A program made the position numbers and the translations under genes. A stretch of DNA of 63,637 bases, counting the filler. It is 5 parts of 5 records of this genome, joined end to end, with 100 filler letters (N's around TTAATTAATTAA, not from the genome) between each part and the next. Parts side by side here need not be neighbours in the genome. Positions count along the whole stretch, not along the records: positions 47,364 to 57,509 come from DRR723986_10708; positions 57,610 to 63,637 come from DRR723986_10756; 3 more parts are not named here. The stretch is one strand, 5' to 3'. The stretch's first letter is position 1. The number at the start of each line of letters is the position of its first letter. The notes beneath the pieces are model-generated. The model searched no databases. It saw only the letters and a list, made by a program, of their open reading frames with translations, and had not been told where the DNA came from. This document shows, one piece after another, positions 50,743 through 60,298 of this stretch.

Positions 50743-51381
50743 CTAACGCACCGGATCTAGCAGCGCATTTTTCAGCTTGCAATCCGATACAACATCGCGC
50801 CCGCAGGGCACAGGCTGTAATGTTTTCGACAAACAAATGCGTGCCTCTTGAATACGGCCCTGACGGCAGGTGATTGTTACCATATCCGGCTGCAATTGCG
50901 GATTAGATTTTATAAACGCCTGCTCTATCAACTTTGCAGGTAAACTAACCGGCTTTTCCAACTGCCTTAAAATAGCAGGCCGGTTTATCAAATTGAAAGC
51001 ACGCCGGGATGTTGCAAAGTAATCTTCAGGGGTCAAACCACTGCAGCTGCCGTGCTTTTTCCACTGATGCCATGCCAACCCGCTGCTGCCCATTATATCG
51101 GCCATTGCATTTGTTTCGCCGCGTCTGGGCGGGGCAAAAGGTGATTGGCAATATTCTGGCCAGCCTTGGTGATATTGCGGCCATAAGCCATGCAATAGCC
51201 AGCCATAGCCTGTGTTTTGGCTGCATTGGGCCGCGCCACGTGCATCGCCCTCGATCGCGCACCAGCTGGGCTGCCAGCTAAGCGCCAGAACATAGTAATC
51301 AAACTGCCCGGCCTGCCCCGCCTGGGCACGGCCCAGGGCCAAAGCTTGCATCAAACACAACACCAATACCAGAACGCGCAT
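50743..51381 (-). CDS. Ribonuclease T2 family protein
   Basis: YYVLALSW, LHGLWPQ (CAS I), HQWKKHGSC (CAS II); signal peptide. Confidence 0.94.
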   Translation of the reverse strand: MRVLVLVLCLMQALALGRAQAGQAGQFDYYVLALSWQPSWCAIEGDARGAAQCSQNTGYGWLLHGLWPQYHQGWPEYCQSPFAPPRRGETNAMADIMGSSGLAWHQWKKHGSCSGLTPEDYFATSRRAFNLINRPAILRQLEKPVSLPAKLIEQAFIKSNPQLQPDMVTITCRQGRIQEARICLSKTLQPVPCGRDVVSDCKLKNALLDPVR

Positions 51382-51507
51382 TCACTCTTTCCTTATGCCT
51401 TTGGGCACATTATACAGGCGCCAAGTTCCCCAACAATGGTAACCCGCTTCGCCCGCCGAAGCAGCCAGTTCTGGCAACGGGGAAGTTTTGAGCTATGGAG
51501 CACAGAC

Positions 51508-52281
51508 ATGAACAAACCGATCATGGCAAAAGCAACCGCCGTCTGGCTGGTAGACAACACCACGCTGACCTTTAAGCAGATCGCCGATTTCACCGGCATG
51601 CACGAGCTGGAAATTCAAGGCATTGCCGATGGTGATGTCGCCACAGGCGTAAAGGGCTTTGACCCGGTGGCAAATAACCAGCTGGAACAGGCCGAGATCG
51701 ACAAGGGCGAAAAAGACCCGCTGTATAAGCTGCGGCTGAAATTCAACGCCGCCGCCGTGGGCGAGGAAAAACGCCGCGGCCCGCGCTATACCCCCCTGTC
51801 GAAACGCCAAGATCGCCCCAACGCCATTTTGTGGCTGGTGAAGTTTCACCCAGAACTCAGCGATGGGCAAATCGCCAAGCTGGTCGGCACCACCAAACCC
51901 ACCATCCAATCGATCCGCGAGCGCACGCATTGGAACATTGCCAACATGCAACCGATCGATCCGGTGGCGCTGGGCCTTTGCAAACAATCCGAGCTGGACA
52001 CCGCCGTGCAAAAGGCTGCTGAAAAACGCGCCAAGGAAGGCGGCAGCATGGATGACGACGCGCGCCGCAAACTGCTGTCGACCGAACAGTCGCTGGGCAT
52101 GGATGACGCACCGCGCATTCCCACCGCGATTGAGGGGCTGGAAACATTTACCCTGCGCGACACCACAGACGATGAAGACACGCAGGAAACTGGCGATATT
52201 CTTGACGCCGAAAGCTTTTTCAACCTGCCTGCAGGCAGCACAGATGATGACGACGACGAGGAAGACACCGGCCGCTTCTGA
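51508..52281 (+). CDS. trcR: DUF1013 cell-cycle transcriptional regulator (TrcR-like)
   Basis: PIMAKATAVWLVDNTTLTFKQIA, RYTPLSKRQDRP, IRERTHWN, DPVALGLC. Confidence 0.85.
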   Translation: MNKPIMAKATAVWLVDNTTLTFKQIADFTGMHELEIQGIADGDVATGVKGFDPVANNQLEQAEIDKGEKDPLYKLRLKFNAAAVGEEKRRGPRYTPLSKRQDRPNAILWLVKFHPELSDGQIAKLVGTTKPTIQSIRERTHWNIANMQPIDPVALGLCKQSELDTAVQKAAEKRAKEGGSMDDDARRKLLSTEQSLGMDDAPRIPTAIEGLETFTLRDTTDDEDTQETGDILDAESFFNLPAGSTDDDDDEEDTGRF

Positions 52282-52302
52282 CCTGCGGTCTTTGCCAAAC
52301 AC

Positions 52303-52340
52303 GAAAACCCACGGCACAGTGTCCGTGGGTTTTTCATTTT
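52303..52340 (+). terminator. Intrinsic terminator
   Basis: AAAACCCACGG / CCGTGGGTTTT inverted repeat plus T-rich tail. Confidence 0.75.
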
Positions 52341-52353
52341 TGGGGCGCGGCGC

Positions 52354-53022
52354 GTGATCTTGGCAGAATGGCAGCATCGCAGCGCGACGGGCGGTGTCGC
52401 GGTCATCTATCCGGATGGCTGCCGTGATCTGATCCGGCGGCAGATACCGGGGCAGCGCCCGGAATGGTTCGTGACCGAACGGGATTGGACGGCGCGGCAG
52501 GTGCGCAGCGTGGCGGGCACCACGTTTGCCGGGTTTCGCATGGTGCCCGGTCAGGGGGTCGATCCGCGCGCCCTCGATCTCTTGGGGGACGATACAGATC
52601 TGGGCGCGGCCCATGCGGCGCTGTGCGATGCCATCATCCCTGATCCGCGCCTGAACGACTGCCTGATGGCCTTGGAATCGGCATCCGACCTTGCCCAAGC
52701 CTGCAAGGCTCTGGGTGTCAGCCTGCGCAGTTTGCAACGCATCGTGTCAAAGGGCACCGGGGTCGGGCCGGGGCATTGGCTGCGCCTTGCCCGCACCCGC
52801 CGCGCCGCACAGTTCCTGTCGGGCAATGTGCCATTGGCGGCACTGGCCTGCGACATGGGCTATGCCGATCAGGCTCATATGACCCGCGATATGCGGGCCA
52901 TATTCGGCCAAACCCCCGGTGCCTTGCGTCAGGACAGGGGCGCGTTGGAGGCGATCACTCAGCCCGGCTGGGCGACGGGAGAACAAATCTCGACCAGCGT
53001 GCCATCCGGGGTGCTGACATAG
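52354..53022 (+). CDS. AraC-family HTH protein (DUF6597-like N-terminus)
   Basis: YPDGCRDLI; LGVSLRSLQR; GYADQAHMTRDMRAIFGQTP. Confidence 0.82.
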   Translation: MILAEWQHRSATGGVAVIYPDGCRDLIRRQIPGQRPEWFVTERDWTARQVRSVAGTTFAGFRMVPGQGVDPRALDLLGDDTDLGAAHAALCDAIIPDPRLNDCLMALESASDLAQACKALGVSLRSLQRIVSKGTGVGPGHWLRLARTRRAAQFLSGNVPLAALACDMGYADQAHMTRDMRAIFGQTPGALRQDRGALEAITQPGWATGEQISTSVPSGVLT

Positions 53023-53348
53023 GCGGTGGTCTGGCCCCATGGCTCGGCCCGCACATCCTGCACCAGCGTTGCGCCCGCCTTTACCGCCCGCGCCAGACCG
53101 CCCGCCACATCGTCGGTCTCGAACGCCAGTTCGAACACCAGGCGCGCGGGGTCGGGCGTGCCGGGGTCTTTGCCAAGGCTGCGCATCAGCTCGACCGAGG
53201 AAAACGCCAGCTTGGTCGCCCCAGTGGCCAGCTCGCCATAATCCCCGCCCTCGTGCAGAAACCCGCGTGTCAGGCCAAAGGCGGATTCGTAAAATGCCAG
53301 CGCGGCGGGCACGTCTGGCACGTAAAGAATGGTATAGCGTAGCTGCAT
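52959..53348 (-). CDS. VOC/glyoxalase family protein
   Basis: YTILYVPDV..FYESAFG, ELAFETDDV, EPWGQTTAYV..PDGTLVEIC. Confidence 0.9.
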   Translation of the reverse strand: MQLRYTILYVPDVPAALAFYESAFGLTRGFLHEGGDYGELATGATKLAFSSVELMRSLGKDPGTPDPARLVFELAFETDDVAGGLARAVKAGATLVQDVRAEPWGQTTAYVSTPDGTLVEICSPVAQPG

Positions 53349-53636
53349 CGCGGCCTCCTGTTCCGGTCGTGTTGGCCCGACAAAACCACAGCCCACCGCC
53401 GCCGTCTTGAACAATCGCGCCACGCGGCTGATGCGGTTTTGCAGCACCGGAAAAAATCGCGAAAATTCCCCCAGAAAATCACTTGCGCGATTCAGGGAAC
53501 GGCCTTATCTGCCCCCGCATAGACGCCAACGCACGCGCCTCTGGCCGGTTGCACAGCCATCCGTGTTTACGTAGCGACGGTAACGTCTCCCGTTTGAACT
53601 GGTCGGGTGAAAGCCCGGGTCTGATTGGAGATGACC

Positions 53637-54809
53637 ATGAATGCCTACGTAAACCCGCTTGCGGGTGGTGACGCTATTGTTGCGCAAACCCGTATCGAAG
53701 ACTACATCTGGACTCGCAGTTTTGACCGCCCCACGCTGGTGATTGACCGGCAGGTTGTGGCGCAGCAATACCGCGCGTTGAAAGCGGGTTTGGGCCGCGC
53801 AGACATTCATTATGCGGTCAAGGCCAACCCGGCCTATGGCGTGATTGAAACGCTGATCGCCGAAGGCAGCCATTTCGATGCCGCCTCGCGTGGCGAGATT
53901 GAATTGTGCCTCAGCATGGGCGCCGAGCCGCACACAATTTCCTTTGGCAATACCATCAAACGCCCGGCAGATATTGCCTGGGCCTTTGGGGCTGGCATCA
54001 CCCTTTTTGCAGCCGATAGCGAAGCCGAGCTGGAAAAAATTGCCGCCAACGCGCCCGGCGCCGAGGTGTATATTCGCCTGCTGGTCGGCGCCACCGGCGC
54101 CGATTGGCCGCTAAGCCGGAAATTTGGCTGCGCCCCCGAAAAGGCGCTGACGCTGCTGGATATGGCGCAATCGCTGGGCCTGCAGCCCGTGGGCCTGTCG
54201 TTCCACGTGGGCAGCCAAACCCGCCAGGCCGATATGTGGCGCGACACGCTAGACCAGGTGGCCGCTGTTTGGGCGCAGGCCCAGGGCGCGGGCCATGCGC
54301 TGAGCCTGATCAACATCGGCGGTGGTTTCCCCGCCTTTTATGGCGAGGCCATTGACGGGCCGACAGATTATGCAGCGCAGGTCATGGCCATGGTCGAGCC
54401 GCGCTTTCCCGGGGCAAGCCGCATTATGGCCGAACCCGGCCGCGGCATGGTGGCCGAGGCCGGTATGATTGCCGCCGAAGTGCTGCTGGTGTCGAAAAAA
54501 TCAGACGACGAGCTATGCCGCTGGGTTTATTTGGACATTGGCCGTTTTTCAGGCCTGGCCGAAACCGAGGGCGAGGCCATTCGCTACCAATTCATCACCG
54601 GGCGCGACCACGAAGATACCGGCCCCTGCATCATGGCAGGCCCATCATGCGACAGCGCAGACGTGCTGTACGAAAATCGCCCCGTGCAACTGCCCCTGGG
54701 GCTGGCCCCGGGCGAGCGCATCATCATCCGCTGCTGCGGCGCCTATACATCCAGCTATTCATCGGTGGGCTTCAACGGCTTTCCACCGCTGGATGTTGTG
54801 GTGATTTAA
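53637..54809 (+). CDS. Ornithine/lysine decarboxylase (fold type III PLP enzyme)
   Basis: HYAVKAN, FDAASRGE, SFHVGSQ, NIGGGF, EPGR, GPSCDSAD. Confidence 0.93.
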   Translation: MNAYVNPLAGGDAIVAQTRIEDYIWTRSFDRPTLVIDRQVVAQQYRALKAGLGRADIHYAVKANPAYGVIETLIAEGSHFDAASRGEIELCLSMGAEPHTISFGNTIKRPADIAWAFGAGITLFAADSEAELEKIAANAPGAEVYIRLLVGATGADWPLSRKFGCAPEKALTLLDMAQSLGLQPVGLSFHVGSQTRQADMWRDTLDQVAAVWAQAQGAGHALSLINIGGGFPAFYGEAIDGPTDYAAQVMAMVEPRFPGASRIMAEPGRGMVAEAGMIAAEVLLVSKKSDDELCRWVYLDIGRFSGLAETEGEAIRYQFITGRDHEDTGPCIMAGPSCDSADVLYENRPVQLPLGLAPGERIIIRCCGAYTSSYSSVGFNGFPPLDVVVI

Positions 54810-54840
54810 ACGGCTTTAGGGGCTGCGGCAGCGGCCCCTT

Positions 54841-55434
54841 TTACACCGGCTTGCGTGCCACAAAGGCGGCGGTGATGGTGCCATCATCGAGATAATCCAG
54901 CTCGCCGCCGATGGGCACACCCTGGGCCAGCGAACTGATCGCCACCCGCCCTTCAAGCTGGTCGGCGATGTAATGGGCGGTGGTTTGGCCATCGACCGTG
55001 GCATTGAGCGCCAAGATCACCTCGCTCACGCCCTCGGTTGCCACGCGATCTACAAGACGGGGAATGCGCAGCTGTTCGGGCCCAACCTGATCGAGCACAG
55101 ACAGTGTGCCGCCCAAAACATGATAGCGGCCCTTGAACGCACCGCCACGTTCCATCGCCCAAAGATCGGCCACATCTTCGACCACGCAGATCTGGCCATT
55201 GGCGCGGCCCTCGCTTGCGCAGATGTCGCAAATATCGGCGGTGCCAATATTGCCGCAATTCAGGCATTCGCGCGCTGTGGCCGCCACCTGTTGCAGCAAA
55301 TCGGCCAAAGGCTGCATGACAAGCGCGCGCTTGCGGATCATCTGCAAAACCGCGCGGCGCGCCGACCGCGGGCCAAGACCGGGCAATTTGGCCATCAATT
55401 CGATCAAGGCATCGATCTGGCGGTTGGAATGCAT
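54841..55434 (-). CDS. recR: Recombination protein RecR
   Basis: [12 protein letters not shown]4 zinc finger, [17 protein letters not shown]. Confidence 0.97.
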   Translation of the reverse strand: MHSNRQIDALIELMAKLPGLGPRSARRAVLQMIRKRALVMQPLADLLQQVAATARECLNCGNIGTADICDICASEGRANGQICVVEDVADLWAMERGGAFKGRYHVLGGTLSVLDQVGPEQLRIPRLVDRVATEGVSEVILALNATVDGQTTAHYIADQLEGRVAISSLAQGVPIGGELDYLDDGTITAAFVARKPV

Positions 55435-55459
55435 GGTGAAACCTATGGCTGGGGCAGTG

Positions 55460-55507
55460 CCGGGGGCCAGCCCCCGGACCCCCGGAGTATTTGCAGCAAG
55501 ATGAAGA
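55460..55507. repeat. GC-rich palindromic intergenic element of the kind dispersed in Rhodobacteraceae genomes
   Basis: CCGGGGGCCAGCCCCCGG hairpin followed by ACCCCCGGAGTATTT...AAGATGAAG; one copy in this window. Confidence 0.5.
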
Positions 55508-55852
55508 TCAGAAAGGCAGCTTCATGTCTTTGGGAAGGCCGAGGCCTTGGGTCAGTTTGGCCATTTCTTCCTGCGAGCGTTCAGCCGCTTTGGCCTGCGC
55601 ATCCTTGATGGCGGCGAGAATGAGATCTTCGACCACTTCTTTTTCATCAGGGTTGAAAATAGACGGGTCGATATCGAGCGCTTTTAATTCGCCCTTGGCG
55701 CTGCACGTGGCTGTGACCAACCCTGCGCCAGAGCGCCCCTCGACCAAGACATGGTTCAAATCGTCTTGAAGCTGGGCCATTTTGCCCTGCATTTCCTGTG
55801 CGGCTTTCATCATTTTGGCCATGTCGCCAAGGCCGCCCAATCCTTTTAGCAT
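55508..55852 (-). CDS. ybaB: YbaB/EbfC nucleoid-associated protein
   Basis: [34 protein letters not shown]; dnaX-ybaB-recR synteny. Confidence 0.93.
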   Translation of the reverse strand: MLKGLGGLGDMAKMMKAAQEMQGKMAQLQDDLNHVLVEGRSGAGLVTATCSAKGELKALDIDPSIFNPDEKEVVEDLILAAIKDAQAKAAERSQEEMAKLTQGLGLPKDMKLPF

Positions 55853-55877
55853 TTGTATCTCCTGTGTCGCTGCGCGG

Positions 55878-57509
55878 TTAATCTTCTTCGAAGGGATCCC
55901 ATTCATCCTCGACCTCGGCCAGCGCCTCGGAGAGGGCTTGGGCCTGGGTGTCTTGCAAAGTGCGAATGGCGGTGATGCGCGCGGCAGGGAATGCGGCCAC
56001 AACCGCCTGCACCATAGGGTGGGCCAGGGCCTGGTTGCGCAGGGCCTGATCTGCGGCATCGCGTTTTTCTGCTATGGTTTCGCCACCGCCCTGGTTGACC
56101 ACACTGACTGCCCAGCGATTGCCTGTCCAGCGCTGCAGGGCTGCGCCCAAGCGCTGGGCCAGATCGGTGGCGGCACGTTCGGTGGGCACAAATTCGATAC
56201 GGCCAGGGCTGTAGCGGGCCAGGCGCAGATCGTTTTCCACCTCGACCAGCAGCTTTACATCGCGATTGCTGCGGATGAGTTCCAGCACATGTTCGAAACT
56301 GGGAAAGCGATCGAGGGCGGGCGATGGCTGGGCGGCATAGGCCAGGCTGGCACCGGCGCTTGTGGATTGCGCGTGCGGCGCCCCACCGCTGGCGGGGCCG
56401 GCGGGGGCGCTATGGGCGGCGATCGCCTGGGCGCCAGTGCCCGAGGGTGCGCCCGGCCCTGTGGGGGTGGACCGCGGCAAGCCGGGGTTTGGCCCGGCCT
56501 CTTGGGCGCGGCGCAGCAGCTCTTCTGGGCTGGGCAGATCGGCCACATGGGTGAGGCGAATAACGGCCATTTCGGCCGCCATCATGGCATTGGGGGCGGC
56601 GGCCACCTCTTCCAGCGCCTTCAGCAGCATCTGCCACATCCGCGTGAGCACCCGCATGGGCAGGGCCGAGGCCATCTGCTGGCCGCGCTGCCGCTCGTCT
56701 GGGCTGACGGTGGGATCGTCGGCGGCCTGTGGGGTGATTTTGACGATGGATACCCAATGCGTGATTTCGGCCAGATCGCGCAGAACGGCCAGCGGATCGG
56801 CGCCATCGGCATATTGTGCCCCCAGTTCAGACAGGGCGGCGGCCACATCGCCGCGCAAGATCATATCGAACAGATCCAGCACGCGGCCGCGATCGGCCAG
56901 GCCCAGCATGGCGCGCACCTGATCGGCGGTGGTTTCGCCCGCCCCGTGGCTGATGGCCTGATCGAGCAGCGAGGTGGCATCACGGGCCGATCCTTCGGCG
57001 GCGCGGGTGATCAGCGCCAGCGCATCATCTGAGATGCTGGCACCCTCGGCGGTGGCGATTTTGCGCAGCAGCGCCACCATCACCTCGGGTTCGATGCGGC
57101 GCAGATCGAAGCGTTGGCAGCGGCTAAGCACCGTAACCGGCACTTTGCGAATTTCGGTGGTGGCGAAGATAAATTTGACGTGGGCGGGCGGCTCTTCCAG
57201 TGTTTTCAGCAGCGCGTTAAACGCGCTGGTAGACAGCATATGCACCTCGTCGATGATATATATCTTGTAGCGCGCCGATGCCGCGCGGTAGTGCACGCTG
57301 TCGATGATTTCGCGAATGTCACCCACGCCCGTGCGCGAGGCGGCATCCATTTCCATCACATCCACATGCCGCCCTTCCATGATGGCGACGCAATGTTCGC
57401 ATTGGCCACAGGGATCGGTTGTGGGGGTGCCGGTTCCATCGGGGCCGATGCAATTCATGCCCTTGGCGATGATACGCGCGGTGGTGGTTTTGCCGGTGCC
57501 GCGAATGCC
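55878..57509 (-). CDS. dnaX: DNA polymerase III gamma/tau (5'-truncated)
   Basis: GIRGTGKTTTARI, EMDAASRTGV, IIDEVHMLS, LLKTLEEPP, SRCQRF. Confidence 0.97.
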   Translation of the reverse strand, partial: GIRGTGKTTTARIIAKGMNCIGPDGTGTPTTDPCGQCEHCVAIMEGRHVDVMEMDAASRTGVGDIREIIDSVHYRAASARYKIYIIDEVHMLSTSAFNALLKTLEEPPAHVKFIFATTEIRKVPVTVLSRCQRFDLRRIEPEVMVALLRKIATAEGASISDDALALITRAAEGSARDATSLLDQAISHGAGETTADQVRAMLGLADRGRVLDLFDMILRGDVAAALSELGAQYADGADPLAVLRDLAEITHWVSIVKITPQAADDPTVSPDERQRGQQMASALPMRVLTRMWQMLLKALEEVAAAPNAMMAAEMAVIRLTHVADLPSPEELLRRAQEAGPNPGLPRSTPTGPGAPSGTGAQAIAAHSAPAGPASGGAPHAQSTSAGASLAYAAQPSPALDRFPSFEHVLELIRSNRDVKLLVEVENDLRLARYSPGRIEFVPTERAATDLAQRLGAALQRWTGNRWAVSVVNQGGGETIAEKRDAADQALRNQALAHPMVQAVVAAFPAARITAIRTLQDTQAQALSEALAEVEDEWDPFEED

Positions 57510-57609
57510 NNNNNNNNNNNNNNNNNNNNNNNNNNNNNNNNNNNNNNNNNNNNTTAATTAATTAANNNNNNNNNNNNNNNNNNNNNNNNNNNNNNNNNNN
57601 NNNNNNNNN
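57510..57609. other. Artificial contig spacer
   Basis: N44-TTAATTAATTAA-N44. Confidence 0.99.
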
Positions 57610-59291
57610 TAGGTGCCGTCCTTCTGGATGTTGGCGTGGTTGCGTTCGTTCACGAACCGGCTTTGCGGGTCGTCGCGATACTCCAGCGGCCAGTCCGCCA
57701 GCAGGTAGTAGTTCACCGCCGGGCGGCAGACGTGGCAGCCATTGCGGGTCTTCCACCCCAGTTCCTGCCAGACCGCTTCCTGGCTTTTCAGTTCCTGCGC
57801 CTTGATCAGGCGGCGCACGTCCTCATGCGTCAGGTCGCAGCAGCCGCAGATGGGCTGCGCGGTGGGCATGGCAAAGTCATCGCCGAGCGTCACCGCCAGC
57901 ACCTGTTCCACCAGCCCCGTGCAGGTCCCGCAGGACGCGCTGGCCTTGGTGGTGGCCTTGATCGCGCCCAGGTCCGTGGCGCCGCCTTCGATGGCGGCCA
58001 TGATGTCGCCCTTGCACACGCCGTTGCAGCCGCAAATCTCCGCCTCAGGCGGCAATGCTGCAACGGCTGAGAGAGGGTCCGTTTGGCCACCTCCCTGATA
58101 GGCGGGGCCGAAGATCAGCGTCTCGCGCATGTCGGCGATGTCGGTGCCGTCCTTGATCAGGCCGAAGAACCAGTTGCCGTCGCCGGTGTCGCCGTACATG
58201 ACCGCGCCGATCAGGCGGTCGTTCTCGATCACGAGGCGCTTGTAGATGCCGCGCGCCGGGTCGCGGTAGACGATGTCCTCGCGGCTCTCGCCCTCGGCGA
58301 AGTCGCCCGCGCTGAACAGGTCGCAGCCGGTGACCTTCAGCTTGGTGCTGATTTCCTTCATGACGAAGGTGGCCTCCGCGCCGGTCATGGTCGCCGCCAG
58401 CACCTTGGCCTGATCGTAAAGCGGCGCCACGAGGCCGAAGAGGTTGCCATCGTATTCGACGCATTCGCCCACGGCGAAGATCGACGGGTCCGAGGTGCGC
58501 ATCTGCGCATCCACCTTGATCGCCCGCCCGCAGTCGAGGCCGCAGTCCTGCGCCAGCTTGACGGCGGGACGGATGCCCACGGCCATCACGACGATGTCGC
58601 AGGGCAGTTCGGTGCCATCGGCAAGGTTGACCTGCCGGACGCGGCCGTCGCCCACGATCTCCTTGGTCGAGGCCTCCAAGATGATGTTGATCCCGCGCCG
58701 CTCGAGGTCCTTCTTCAACAGGTAGCCGGCGGCGGGGTCCAGCTGCCGCTCCATCAGGTGAGCGGCGATGTGCAGCACCGTCACCTCCATGCCCCTCAAC
58801 CGCAGCGCGGCGGCGGCTTCGAGCCCCAATAGGCCGCCGCCAATCACCACGGCGCGGGCGCCCGGCGTGCCGCTGGCCTCGGTCATTGCTGTGGTGTCTT
58901 CCAGGTCGCGAAAGGCCACGACGCCCGGCAGGTCATGCCCCGGCACCGGGATGATGAAGGCCGACGAGCCGGTGCCAAAGATCAGCTGGTCGTATTCAAC
59001 CTCGCCCTTTTCACCGACGACCACCTTGCGCTCGCGGTCGACCTTCAGCACCTTCTCGCCAAAGCGGCAGGTGATGCCGTGGGCCTGATACCAGGCCTCG
59101 TCATGGGTGACGATCTCGTCAAAGCTCTTCTCGCCCGACAGCACCGGCGACAGCATGATGCGGTTGTAGTTGCCGCGCGGCTCGGCGTTGAAAAGCGTGA
59201 TCTCGTAGGCGCCGGGGGCGGCGTCCAGCAGGTGTTCCAGCGCCCGGCCAGAGGCCATTCCGGCGCCGATGACGACAAGTTTCTGGGTCAT
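57610..59291 (-). CDS. nirB: NAD(P)H-dependent assimilatory nitrite reductase large subunit (3'-truncated)
   Basis: NYNRIMLSPVL, GGGLLGLEAA, TKLKVTG, ICGCNGVCKG..CGTC BFD clusters, NERNHANIQKDGT. Confidence 0.95.
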
Positions 59292-59304
59292 GTCCGGGGT
59301 CCTC

Positions 59305-60243
59305 TCAAACGTACCATGCCACGACGTGGCTGACCTGCCCGTCCTGGTGGATCGGCAGGGCGACCATGGTCTCGTAGCCCTGCGTCAGGTTCGGCGCGCC
59401 GCTTTCGACGACCGGCACGCCAGAGCCCAGCGCGCGGCCGATCAGCCCTTGCCATGCGCCGACGCGCTTTTCCTCGTCGGCCACGCCGGTCCACAGCTTG
59501 CCCTCGCGGGCGCAGAGGCCGTCCGCCAGCACCGCGCCACGGGCACTGCCGACGCGTTCTGCGCGGGCGTCCCACATCTCGAAGCGGTGGGCGATGGGCG
59601 TGCCGCGCGCCGACAGGAGCGTCAGAACGAAATGCGCGCCCGAGGGCACCGGGATCGGCAGGCCAAGGCCGGTGGTCAGCCCCGCCTTGCCCGCGCTGTC
59701 GGCCCGGATAAAGCGGTAGCCCGAGCCCAGATCGCGGAACAGCATCGGCGTCTGTGCCGACCAGACGCCCCCCGGCAGGCCCTGCCCGCGCGGGAAATGC
59801 GTGTGCTGCGAAACCCATTCGAAGTGCTTGGCCGCGCCGTAATAGCCGTCGTCCAGCATCAGCACGCCGTCCGCCTCGGACCAGACCTCTATGGCGCCGG
59901 TGCGGTTCTCGTCGTCGCCGCAGAGCACCACCAGAACGGCCTTCAGGTCCTTGCCCGCAAAGACCGGCACCGCGACGGCGCTGGTCAAGCCCGCCTCGGC
60001 CGCCGCTTCGATGCGCTTGAAATAGGAGCCGTCGAAGCCCTTCAGCACCACCGGGCGCTCCTCGGCCCATGCCTTGCCTGGCAGCCCCTCGCCCTTGGGA
60101 AAACTGACCCGGCGCGAGGCCTCTTCGAAAGCCTTGAGACTGCCGTAGCTGCCCCCGGCCAGTTCCAGAACGCCGTCCTTCGGCACCCAGACCTCGGCGA
60201 CCTGGATGAAGGGTTTCACGGCTGTTTCCACTGCGATGTCCAT
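59305..60243 (-). CDS. Tandem GAF-domain protein without output domain
   Basis: Two full repeats (EVW...FPxGxGLPGxxW...AGLT..xPx) and a shorter third. Confidence 0.8.
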   Translation of the reverse strand: MDIAVETAVKPFIQVAEVWVPKDGVLELAGGSYGSLKAFEEASRRVSFPKGEGLPGKAWAEERPVVLKGFDGSYFKRIEAAAEAGLTSAVAVPVFAGKDLKAVLVVLCGDDENRTGAIEVWSEADGVLMLDDGYYGAAKHFEWVSQHTHFPRGQGLPGGVWSAQTPMLFRDLGSGYRFIRADSAGKAGLTTGLGLPIPVPSGAHFVLTLLSARGTPIAHRFEMWDARAERVGSARGAVLADGLCAREGKLWTGVADEEKRVGAWQGLIGRALGSGVPVVESGAPNLTQGYETMVALPIHQDGQVSHVVAWYV

Positions 60244-60298
60244 CGCTCCGTCCTCTCGATGGCCCGTGGCCGCCGCCCGCATCCGGGGCGGCTGGCGC

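Noticed and set aside
51493-52737. 414-aa - strand ORF
   Set aside because: Antisense shadow of trcR and the AraC gene.
55878-56560. Programmed frameshift in dnaX producing gamma
   Set aside because: No A-rich slippery run seen on the coding strand in the Pro/Ala-rich linker.
55782-57032. 416-aa + strand ORF
   Set aside because: Antisense shadow of dnaX.
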